Part shown: in pieces, positions 9,395 to 16,890 of the stretch
Numbering within the stretch: the first letter of the stretch is position 1
How the letters are laid out: each line of letters opens with the position of its first letter
Source: a virus
Length of the DNA stretch: 64,000 nucleotides
Strand: one strand, 5' to 3'
IMG/VR virus record: IMGVR_UViG_3300027791_000007
Span: 84,444 to 148,443 of that record
Position numbers and translations under genes: made by a program
The notes under the pieces: model-generated
Databases searched by the model: none
Seen by the model: only the letters and a program-made list of their open reading frames with translations
Told to the model about the DNA's origin: nothing

Positions 9395-10863
9395 TTTGTA
9401 CTCCTTTTATTGAGTTTTTGGGGTAAATCGTCCTCATCTGTTTTATCGCCTCTTTCAATCCAATCGGATAGAACGAATCTCCTATTTGGATTGACACTTA
9501 CTTGAAACAAAGTCATAATATCTCTGTTAGCAAGAAAAGTACTTCTTGAATCTTTTTCAGTAAGTCCTATTGGTACATCTAAATATTTTCTATTATTAAA
9601 TGTTATGTTTACGTTAACAATAGGTCTTTCATCTATTTTTCCAACATGTTCTGGTTTGGAAACACCTTGTAAGGCACTTGTAAATTTCTTTCCGTCTTTT
9701 TCCCACTTAACTGTTCTGCCGTTAATATCTACTTTGTCAACAACAAACATTGATGCATGTGTTCCATTTCCAGTATCGAACTTTGCTCTTAGTGGGCCGT
9801 AACCATCTATTTCAATTCTTTCTACATATCCAGATTCAGTAGGAAATGAATGTCTACGATTATTTGGTATCATAATAAACTCTAATAACTTTTCTACAAT
9901 CTTAGATGGATTTGCATCACCAATATATGCATTGTTGTCTGATTCTGTATCAGTAGCATCATACAATGCAAAATTAGAACCAATACCAGCAGAACCATTA
10001 CACTCTAAAACGTAAACATCTCCACTTACAATAGCATGGTCAACACCAACAACATATGCACCAACTGAACGAGATGCCCTTAGAATCACTTCTCTTTCTC
10101 TATCATTCAATTTATATGGTTCTGTTGTAGCACCTCTATGTCTATTAGACCTAAAATCTTTCTTTGCAGAAATCCTCTTTGTTGATGCTAGTATTTTACC
10201 ACCAACTACAATTGTTCTTATATCACTATCGAATTTAAAATATTCTTGAATTAAAAGTTCAGCACCAAATTTCCATAATGACTGAACATTAGAAACTAAA
10301 CTCTCGTAATCTTTAGCAATAGAAACACCAATACCTTGTGTACCAGTAATTGTTTTAATGATAACTGGAAACTTACCACCAATTCTTTTTAATCCATCTT
10401 CTAGAGACTTTTCATTTGAAACTATTGATGTTCTAGGAGTCGGTATACTGTTTCTTTCAAAAGATAAGAACGCTGACATTTTATTATCACATGTCAACAT
10501 ACCTTCTCTATTGTTAATCATAAACGAACCAGACTTCTCAAAAGATGTTAGTAGTGCGAGTCCGATTTCATCTTCTAAAACTCCAGCACGAACAAAACAC
10601 ACAGTCTTTCTAGTGTTAAATTCTACATCATTATCGTTACCATCAAAATTAGATACTGTTATTATTCCAGTTTCTAAATCATTAGCAGCGATCCATGCAT
10701 CTCTAACATTAATGATGTGACATTTAATATTACGTTTTTCGCAAGCTTTCTGTAAAAGATTGCTTACTAGTTCTGGTTTTTTAGATTTAACTTTGGTTAG
10801 AATTGCTACTTCAATATCAGTGTCAACTTTGGCCTCAGTAAAAAAATCGGCAAATTTTTCCAT
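9391..10863 (-). CDS. RimK-like ATP-grasp glutamate ligase fused to a RimB-like retropepsin protease
   Basis: FPVIIKTITGTQGIGV, LIQEY, DIRTIVVG, FRSN, GVD, LECNGSAG; C-terminal AKFDTGN...ERPIV...GLTEKD...NP. Confidence 0.85.
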   Translation of the reverse strand: MEKFADFFTEAKVDTDIEVAILTKVKSKKPELVSNLLQKACEKRNIKCHIINVRDAWIAANDLETGIITVSNFDGNDNDVEFNTRKTVCFVRAGVLEDEIGLALLTSFEKSGSFMINNREGMLTCDNKMSAFLSFERNSIPTPRTSIVSNEKSLEDGLKRIGGKFPVIIKTITGTQGIGVSIAKDYESLVSNVQSLWKFGAELLIQEYFKFDSDIRTIVVGGKILASTKRISAKKDFRSNRHRGATTEPYKLNDREREVILRASRSVGAYVVGVDHAIVSGDVYVLECNGSAGIGSNFALYDATDTESDNNAYIGDANPSKIVEKLLEFIMIPNNRRHSFPTESGYVERIEIDGYGPLRAKFDTGNGTHASMFVVDKVDINGRTVKWEKDGKKFTSALQGVSKPEHVGKIDERPIVNVNITFNNRKYLDVPIGLTEKDSRSTFLANRDIMTLFQVSVNPNRRFVLSDWIERGDKTDEDDLPQKLNKRSTK

Positions 10864-10880
10864 ACACCATCTCCAAGGCT

Positions 10881-11303
10881 TTATATTTCTTTAGTTTCTT
10901 CTTTTTTCTTTCCAATATTATATTTTGTCTCTAAAACCCACTCATTCTTTTCTTTGAATGAAATGATTTTGATTTGACTCAATGGTGTTATTGGTTCAGC
11001 CTCACCCTTTAGTGTTACCAGACCCCAATCACTTAATAGTTTACCGATTGTATTACGTCTTGCAACATCATTCTCACTTAAATTAGTTTCCTTACCATCT
11101 AGGGCAAAGAGTTCTTTAAAGTGAACTAAGTAATATTTACCTTGTTTATGTAGTATGTGGCAAGATTGATAGAGTTTCCTATCTTTTCTACTTGCAACAC
11201 CAATTCTGGATAATGTCTCTCTCACTTTTAGAAAATCATCCGGCTCTTTTAAGACGATTTCTAACATATCGTCTTGCTTCCAATTCAGTTTAACCTCTTC
11301 CAT
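10881..11303 (-). CDS. regA: RegA translational repressor
   Basis: DDFLKVRETLSRIG, QSCHILHKQGKYYLVHFKELFALDG. Confidence 0.97.
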   Translation of the reverse strand: MEEVKLNWKQDDMLEIVLKEPDDFLKVRETLSRIGVASRKDRKLYQSCHILHKQGKYYLVHFKELFALDGKETNLSENDVARRNTIGKLLSDWGLVTLKGEAEPITPLSQIKIISFKEKNEWVLETKYNIGKKKEETKEI

Positions 11304-11682
11304 TTTTTCCACCTTTATTCAAACTATCTTTAATAGTCTTTATCTGTTCATCATTAAGTATACTTAGAGCGGACTTTGCCTTTTCATTACTATATCCATA
11401 ATACTCTTTTACATACTCTAGATCTTTAAGTTTACTTGCTTTCAACCAAGGATTAAATCGTTTCCTTGGTCTTAGACTATTTAGTAAAAAGTCAAACTGC
11501 AACTTATTGTCTAGGTGATGTTGACGGTTCATCTCATTTGCGAGATGTATGGTTTCTTGGTCTAATAAACATTTATTTATAATGAATGGTGCATACTTCT
11601 TTTCCCAAGTTTCGTCACCACTATCCATAAGACGTTCTTTAGTATAGTTTATAGCATTTAGGTATTCTTTCAATTCATACAT
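11290..11682 (-). CDS. gp62: Clamp loader small subunit gp62
   Basis: YAPFIINKCL, ANEMN, VKEYYGYSNEKA. Confidence 0.93.
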   Translation of the reverse strand: MYELKEYLNAINYTKERLMDSGDETWEKKYAPFIINKCLLDQETIHLANEMNRQHHLDNKLQFDFLLNSLRPRKRFNPWLKASKLKDLEYVKEYYGYSNEKAKSALSILNDEQIKTIKDSLNKGGKNGRG

Positions 11683-11684
11683 GA

Positions 11685-12236
11685 CTAATCTCTATAATCA
11701 TCTAGACGGTTTGGATTAGTTATTTCTCCACCCATGTCCATTGTTTTAAATACAATACAAGTCCTTAGTTTATGGCACATCCTTGAAACAGGCAAAGCAC
11801 CATGTGTAGTTTTCGCTGGGAAACAAATTAATCTATTACCCACATATTCTGCAACTTCATTACCCACGATTGTTCCACCCATGAAATCTTTTTCCCAATC
11901 CATTCTAGGATAATATATCAAGGTATAATCACCGTCATCTTTGTGTGTTAGTGGTTCTATACCATGAGTGTGGGCATTTAGGTAAACTCTTACCCATTCT
12001 AGTTTCAATTCAATCTTTCGCATGGCTGCATCCCAGATAGGTAAAAGCCAATCCATATTTGCTGAAAGTACCTCATCACGATTATGCATACCAGCAACAT
12101 GCCAGTGTTTACTTGCACCACCTTTTCTAGAATTATAATCATACTTCCATGAAAGAGAATTTACTTCTTGGTCTATAAGTTCAGCGATATGTGGTTCAAC
12201 CAGATTATCTACAATATTTAATTTATCATATCTCAT
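11685..12236 (-). CDS. 2OG-Fe(II) oxygenase
   Basis: HKD (HxD), GGT, NRLICF...HG...R; likely start MRYDKL overlapping the gp44 stop. Confidence 0.8.
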   Translation of the reverse strand: MRYDKLNIVDNLVEPHIAELIDQEVNSLSWKYDYNSRKGGASKHWHVAGMHNRDEVLSANMDWLLPIWDAAMRKIELKLEWVRVYLNAHTHGIEPLTHKDDGDYTLIYYPRMDWEKDFMGGTIVGNEVAEYVGNRLICFPAKTTHGALPVSRMCHKLRTCIVFKTMDMGGEITNPNRLDDYRD

Positions 12237-13168
12237 TTGAATTTCACAGCCCCCATAATCTCTGTTAGACAAGCCAACAAGTTAATCTCTTGATCTGCAA
12301 CAAAGGCAGACTTATATTGATAATCACCTAGAATAACCACAGCATGAGGAATAGTACTAGGATTAAGATAATCGTATAGCGCATCGTAAACCCTACGATA
12401 AATCCTAATAGGGTCATTATCGAGATTAGCAACAATCCATTTTCTGACATTTGTAAATTCCTTTCCTTTTAGTGATGACATCAAGTCACCAATATTCTTT
12501 TCAGATATATTGACTAGAACACCAGCATCAATTTGACCAGTAACAGAGTATCTTTGAAGTTCATTTATCACTCTACGCCAGTCTGGAAAGTGTTTGTTGA
12601 TTAATTCAGCAACAGCCTTAGGTTCATTTTTAATATCTTCTATTACTAGAATCTTTAGGATTCTTTCAAAGAACTGTTCTGCAAGTTTTACTTTGTCACT
12701 ATTATTAATAGAGAAATCAATACCAGAACACCTTGAGTGTAACGGTTCAATTAATCTATTCTTATAATTACAAGTAAGAATAAATCCACAGTTATTGTGA
12801 AACTCTTCCATAAACCCACGAAGGGCAGGTTGAGTTGATTGTGGATTTAGATAATCAGCCTCATCTAGAATGACGTATTTTCTACCACCCTCTAGACTTA
12901 CAGTTGAAGCAAAGTTTTTGATTTTTGTTCTAAGAACATCAATACCAGATTCTTCCGAACCATTTATCAACATATAAGTAGCACCGATTTCATTTAACAT
13001 CGCTTTTGCAACTGTAGTTTTACCCACACCAGCAGTACCAGATAATATTAGATTTGGTATTGATTTGTTCTTAACAAATTCTGTGAATGTATCTTGTAAA
13101 CCTTTTGGTAAGATACATTCAGCAATAGTCGTTGGGCGGTATTTCTCCACCCACAAGAAGTTTTCCAT
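12233..13168 (-). CDS. gp44: Clamp loader large subunit gp44
   Basis: LWVEKYRP, GTAGVGKTT, LDEAD, HSRC. Confidence 0.97.
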   Translation of the reverse strand: MENFLWVEKYRPTTIAECILPKGLQDTFTEFVKNKSIPNLILSGTAGVGKTTVAKAMLNEIGATYMLINGSEESGIDVLRTKIKNFASTVSLEGGRKYVILDEADYLNPQSTQPALRGFMEEFHNNCGFILTCNYKNRLIEPLHSRCSGIDFSINNSDKVKLAEQFFERILKILVIEDIKNEPKAVAELINKHFPDWRRVINELQRYSVTGQIDAGVLVNISEKNIGDLMSSLKGKEFTNVRKWIVANLDNDPIRIYRRVYDALYDYLNPSTIPHAVVILGDYQYKSAFVADQEINLLACLTEIMGAVKFK

Positions 13169-13183
13169 AATATAATTCCTAAA

Positions 13184-13852
13184 TTAAACTTTGTAAGAGG
13201 ATTCTGGTTCAAGAGCAATCCAATACTCAACTTTATTAGTTACGTTTTGAAAGTGACTAATATTTTGAGAAGATACTGTAACATCATAGTTACCAGATAA
13301 CAATTTCATATTTTCTACTTTGAAATAAAAATTATAGTCTGCACCCTCTGGAGCAGTACAATCAACATCCATAGAATAATTGTTAGCAGTATCGTTTTTC
13401 TTATCCTTTACTGTCAATGAATTATTTTTCAACGCCATATCTGGTGAAGAAATAACTCCAGCAGCACGTTTAAGTTGATTGATTGTATCTTCTTGTAAAG
13501 AAAATGTAACATCACTTGAAGGCATAGTTATCATTTTAGTAGGACTAGTTACTACACTAGGATCAGAATAGAAATACTTCAAAGATTTCTTTGGATTACT
13601 TTCTTCTGCCATCATTACAAACTGTTCTTGGAAATCCAAAACTGGTGTTGTAAATAAAGATAAAGCAGCAAGAAATTCATTCAAGTCATAGATTGCAACT
13701 TCTTGTGGAAATGATTGATCTACTTCTGCTTTTGCAACGATATTCTTCATCGCTGACATTGTTGTAAGTGTATTACCCTCTTTTATAATCAAGTTCTGAT
13801 TAATAGTTGAAAAGTTTTTTAGTACACTGATAGTTTGACTACTTAGTTTCAT
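13184..13852 (-). CDS. gp45: Sliding clamp gp45
   Basis: MKLSSQTISVLKNFSTIN, IYDLNEFL, YWIALE. Confidence 0.95.
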   Translation of the reverse strand: MKLSSQTISVLKNFSTINQNLIIKEGNTLTTMSAMKNIVAKAEVDQSFPQEVAIYDLNEFLAALSLFTTPVLDFQEQFVMMAEESNPKKSLKYFYSDPSVVTSPTKMITMPSSDVTFSLQEDTINQLKRAAGVISSPDMALKNNSLTVKDKKNDTANNYSMDVDCTAPEGADYNFYFKVENMKLLSGNYDVTVSSQNISHFQNVTNKVEYWIALEPESSYKV

Positions 13853-14132
13853 TGGTTTCAATCTCCGTTTCATTAATATAAAGTGCTATTATACCATAAT
13901 GTATAATTTTAAGCAAGTCATTTCGGTCTTTACCGTTCTTTTTTCCATATCGTTGTGCATACTTTAGTATGTTACCCATACAGAAACCTTCACCGTGTCC
14001 ACCGTCTATAATAAACTCTGTCGCTTGGTACTTACCATCACTGTAGTGTTTATTATAAGTTTTGTCTACATAATCTTTAAGTTCATTTAATATTTTACCT
14101 TCCATAAACTTATATTCAATATTCTTTGCCAA
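13839..14132 (-). CDS. DUF3310-like protein
   Basis: HYS...GFCMGNILKYAQRYGKKNG...DLLK. Confidence 0.75.
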   Translation of the reverse strand: MAKNIEYKFMEGKILNELKDYVDKTYNKHYSDGKYQATEFIIDGGHGEGFCMGNILKYAQRYGKKNGKDRNDLLKIIHYGIIALYINETEIETNETK

Positions 14133-15101
14133 CTAAGACCTCCGTAGTGTTTTAATATATTTTGATTGATCTTCTGGACTAGTGATACCCAATTTCTTTA
14201 ATGTAAGTTTATCAACTACATTAATATTTGCAGAAAATGTTCTACGTTCACCTTCACCAAAAAATGGCATTACGGAATGTCTTAACCAATTAGGGAATAT
14301 ATACATAGCCCCAACTTCTGGTTTAACATATTCGTCTGTAGCAGGTCTAAGAATCTTAGTATCTGCCCTTCCATTATTACCCCATGAGAAATAAGTGAAA
14401 CCATCAACACCACCAGAATTATTATTCAAGTTGACTTGATCTCCACTAACCTTTTTCTCAATCGCCTCTGGAACTTTTAGATACAGAATACACGACAACC
14501 CATAAGGTGTAGCAACACCGTGGTCGTGTAAAGGATTATAATCTCCAGAGTAACTATGAACTGACCATGCTTCAAATGTATCTACTTCTGCATCAACTTC
14601 ATGTCCATTCTTTAAATAAGTTCTTGCACACTGGTCGATAATAGTTTTTACTTGTGATGGTATAGAAAGAGTCTCTGGTGTTTCTGGTTCATGAGTAATT
14701 GGAAAGACAAGTTGTGCTGATTTATTATCTTGTTTGATTTGTCCTACAAGTCCACCGGCCAAACTATTGTTTGCAGTTGTATTACCAGCAGTTTCACCAA
14801 ATGATTCGTCTTGTGTTACAATAGTTTCATCAATGTATCTATTAATTTCAGTTATAGCATCAACTGGAATTTCTACTCGCATCATATGTAGTGCAAGTTT
14901 AGTTTTCATAGAAATTCTTAAACCAGAATTTTTCTGTGTATGTTCTTCATCAGCATCAGCCATAGCCTGTCCATCTTCAATTGCTTTTTCAGCATCTGTT
15001 TTAGGAATTGGTTCGTTTGAAGTCCAATGATTTTTGTCTGTTTTTGCGACACCACCGTCTTTGAATTGGTCTGGTGCAACATCAAATGTTTTTAAACCCA
15101 T
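14133..15101 (-). CDS. 2OG-Fe(II) oxygenase-like protein (TIGR02466-like) with N-terminal extension
   Basis: GDYNPLHDH, LSCILYL, IFPNWLRHSVMPF, RRTFSAN. Confidence 0.8.
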   Translation of the reverse strand: MGLKTFDVAPDQFKDGGVAKTDKNHWTSNEPIPKTDAEKAIEDGQAMADADEEHTQKNSGLRISMKTKLALHMMRVEIPVDAITEINRYIDETIVTQDESFGETAGNTTANNSLAGGLVGQIKQDNKSAQLVFPITHEPETPETLSIPSQVKTIIDQCARTYLKNGHEVDAEVDTFEAWSVHSYSGDYNPLHDHGVATPYGLSCILYLKVPEAIEKKVSGDQVNLNNNSGGVDGFTYFSWGNNGRADTKILRPATDEYVKPEVGAMYIFPNWLRHSVMPFFGEGERRTFSANINVVDKLTLKKLGITSPEDQSKYIKTLRRS

Positions 15102-15128
15102 AATATATCTCCTTGGATTAAGTGAATA

Positions 15129-15153
15129 GGGGTGGCGAATGACTCGCCACCCC
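15129..15153 (-). terminator. GC-rich hairpin, probable terminator of the HTH gene
   Basis: GGGGTGGCGA-ATGAC-TCGCCACCCC perfect 10-bp stem; the U-tract is weak. Confidence 0.55.
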
Positions 15154-15168
15154 AGAAATTAATACCGA

Positions 15169-15429
15169 TTAGGCTTCGTAACCTTGAGCACCAAATAGTG
15201 CAGTTTGTCCAGCTGCAATCACAGCTTTACTTGGAGTACCAACTCGATACGAAACACCAGCAGTTCCACGATTTTCATAAATCATCATACCTTCATTTCG
15301 TAGTTTACCAACCATCCCAGCTGGGGATGCAAGGTCAAATTTAGTTCGCAAACTTTTCCAAGTTACAGCATTGCCTTTTGCAAAAAGGTTTCGGATTTTT
15401 GCAGTCTTAGTCATTTTAGTCTTAGTCAT
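15169..15429 (-). CDS. Small basic winged-helix-like DNA-binding protein
   Basis: VTWKSLRTKF...VGKLRNEG...YRVGTPS; has its own promoter and hairpin. Confidence 0.55.
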   Translation of the reverse strand: MTKTKMTKTAKIRNLFAKGNAVTWKSLRTKFDLASPAGMVGKLRNEGMMIYENRGTAGVSYRVGTPSKAVIAAGQTALFGAQGYEA

Positions 15430-15477
15430 ATTGTATTATACCTTTCATAGTATATTTGGTAATTTGTTAGTATCTAT

Positions 15478-15506
15478 ATACTAACATAGATTAGAGGCAT
15501 TGTCAA
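15478..15506 (-). promoter_or_regulatory. sigma70-type early promoter
   Basis: TTGACA (15506-15501), 17 nt, TGT-TAGTAT (15483-15478). Confidence 0.7.
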
Positions 15507-15531
15507 CCCCTAAAATTCTTTTATTTGGATT

Positions 15532-15604
15532 TGGAGCGGGCAGATGGAATTGAACCACCTTCTTCAATTTGGAAATTGACATAATACCTTTATACGATGC
15601 CCGC
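15532..15604 (-). tRNA. tRNA-Gly(TCC)-like gene; anticodon loop is one base short as sequenced
   Basis: GCGGGCA/TGCCCGC acceptor stem, T discriminator, encoded CCA, GGTGG-TTCAATT-CCATC T arm, TCAAT-TTCCAA-ATTGA anticodon arm; collinear with E. coli glyT. Confidence 0.85.
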
Positions 15605-15611
15605 ATTTTTC

Positions 15612-16790
15612 CTAGAATGATGGTTCTTCTTCATCATCACTATCCATATCAGATAACATATTATCCAATTCAGTTTCGTTGTTAGTAGAATCAATCTCGA
15701 TTCCACTGTCAATTTTGGTGTACAAGTCCATGAAAGAGTCTTTGGTCTCTTCATCGAATCTTGCAACACAAAGTTCGATAGACTTCATCTTGTCATTGAA
15801 AATGGCAAATGCCTTTACAATGTGGTCTAACCTTCTGGTCGAAATCACTTCATCGACTCCACCGTCAAAGAAAGTCTTTCTGATAACCTCGGCCCACTTG
15901 ACAAGATTATCTGCAAACACTTCATCAACAGTTCCATACTTTTTCATAGAACCGATAACAATCTTCTTTTCGGTTTTTGTGGTAGCGTATGGTTGTTCAA
16001 TAGTGATTGCAAATCTTTCGAGGAAGGCCTCATTCAATACGTTAGTACCAATAAATCTACCGTCATCAGAACCTTTACCTTTAGTGTTAGCAGTCGCCAT
16101 CACATTAAAACCAGTTTTAGGAGTAATCCACTTGTTTACTTTTTTCAAGTAAACACCTTTACCCTCAAGAACTGGTTGGAGTGCAAGTAACTTGTTTGAA
16201 CCCAAATCACACTCATCAAGCAAAAGAGTACAACCTCTTTGCATGGCCTCAATGACTGGCCCAGGAACAAACTTAGTTTCTCCATTCACCAATCTGAAAC
16301 CACCAAGTAAATCATCTTCATCAGTTTCGATTGTGATGTTCACTCTGATCAATTCTTTTTTCATCTCAGCGTGAATCTGTTCAATCATCAATGTTTTACC
16401 ATTACCAGATAATCCAGTAACAAATATTGGATAGAACAAACCAGACTTTACAATCTGTTTGATTGTAGTGTAATGACCCCAAGGTACGAAACCTACAAAT
16501 GTCTCTGGAACTAAATTTTGTTTTTCCATATTTGTTGCAACTAAATTCATAACAGTATTCTCCACTGGAGCAGTAGTATTAACTTGAACTGTCTCAGCAA
16601 CATACAAATCTTCATTAGGAAGTTTGAACTGATTATAACCAGTTTTACACTGACCTAGAAACCAACCAGCAAGTGGTAGTTCTAGTTTTTCACAAACCTC
16701 TTTTACTTGAGTCTTGTTTAGAATAGAACCAGCACCGAATTGTTCAGATGCAGAATCTACAAACTTCTGTTTTCTTGGACTTAAATACAT
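15612..16790 (-). CDS. CobS/MoxR-like AAA+ ATPase
   Basis: GLSGNGKT, LLLDE, ATANTKG, NEAFLERF, ISTRRL. Confidence 0.9.
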   Translation of the reverse strand: MYLSPRKQKFVDSASEQFGAGSILNKTQVKEVCEKLELPLAGWFLGQCKTGYNQFKLPNEDLYVAETVQVNTTAPVENTVMNLVATNMEKQNLVPETFVGFVPWGHYTTIKQIVKSGLFYPIFVTGLSGNGKTLMIEQIHAEMKKELIRVNITIETDEDDLLGGFRLVNGETKFVPGPVIEAMQRGCTLLLDECDLGSNKLLALQPVLEGKGVYLKKVNKWITPKTGFNVMATANTKGKGSDDGRFIGTNVLNEAFLERFAITIEQPYATTKTEKKIVIGSMKKYGTVDEVFADNLVKWAEVIRKTFFDGGVDEVISTRRLDHIVKAFAIFNDKMKSIELCVARFDEETKDSFMDLYTKIDSGIEIDSTNNETELDNMLSDMDSDDEEEPSF

Positions 16791-16824
16791 AATATAACCT
16801 CTTTTTCAATTTTCATCATACCTT

Positions 16825-16875
16825 AAAGTAACACATCTTTAACCCATTGTCAAGTCTTTTTTTAAGTCCTTGATT
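16825..16875 (-). promoter_or_regulatory. sigma70-type early promoter with upstream IHF-consensus site
   Basis: TTGACA (16853-16848), 17 nt, TGT-TACTTT; AATCAAGGACTTA (16875-16863) fits WATCAANNNNTTR. Confidence 0.65.
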
Positions 16876-16890
16876 TTAAAGGGTTTTTCA

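Noticed and set aside
15532-15604. tRNA-Trp(CCA) reading of the tRNA
   Set aside because: A 7-nt TTCCAAA loop breaks anticodon-stem pairing, and the acceptor stem and discriminator match tRNA-Gly.
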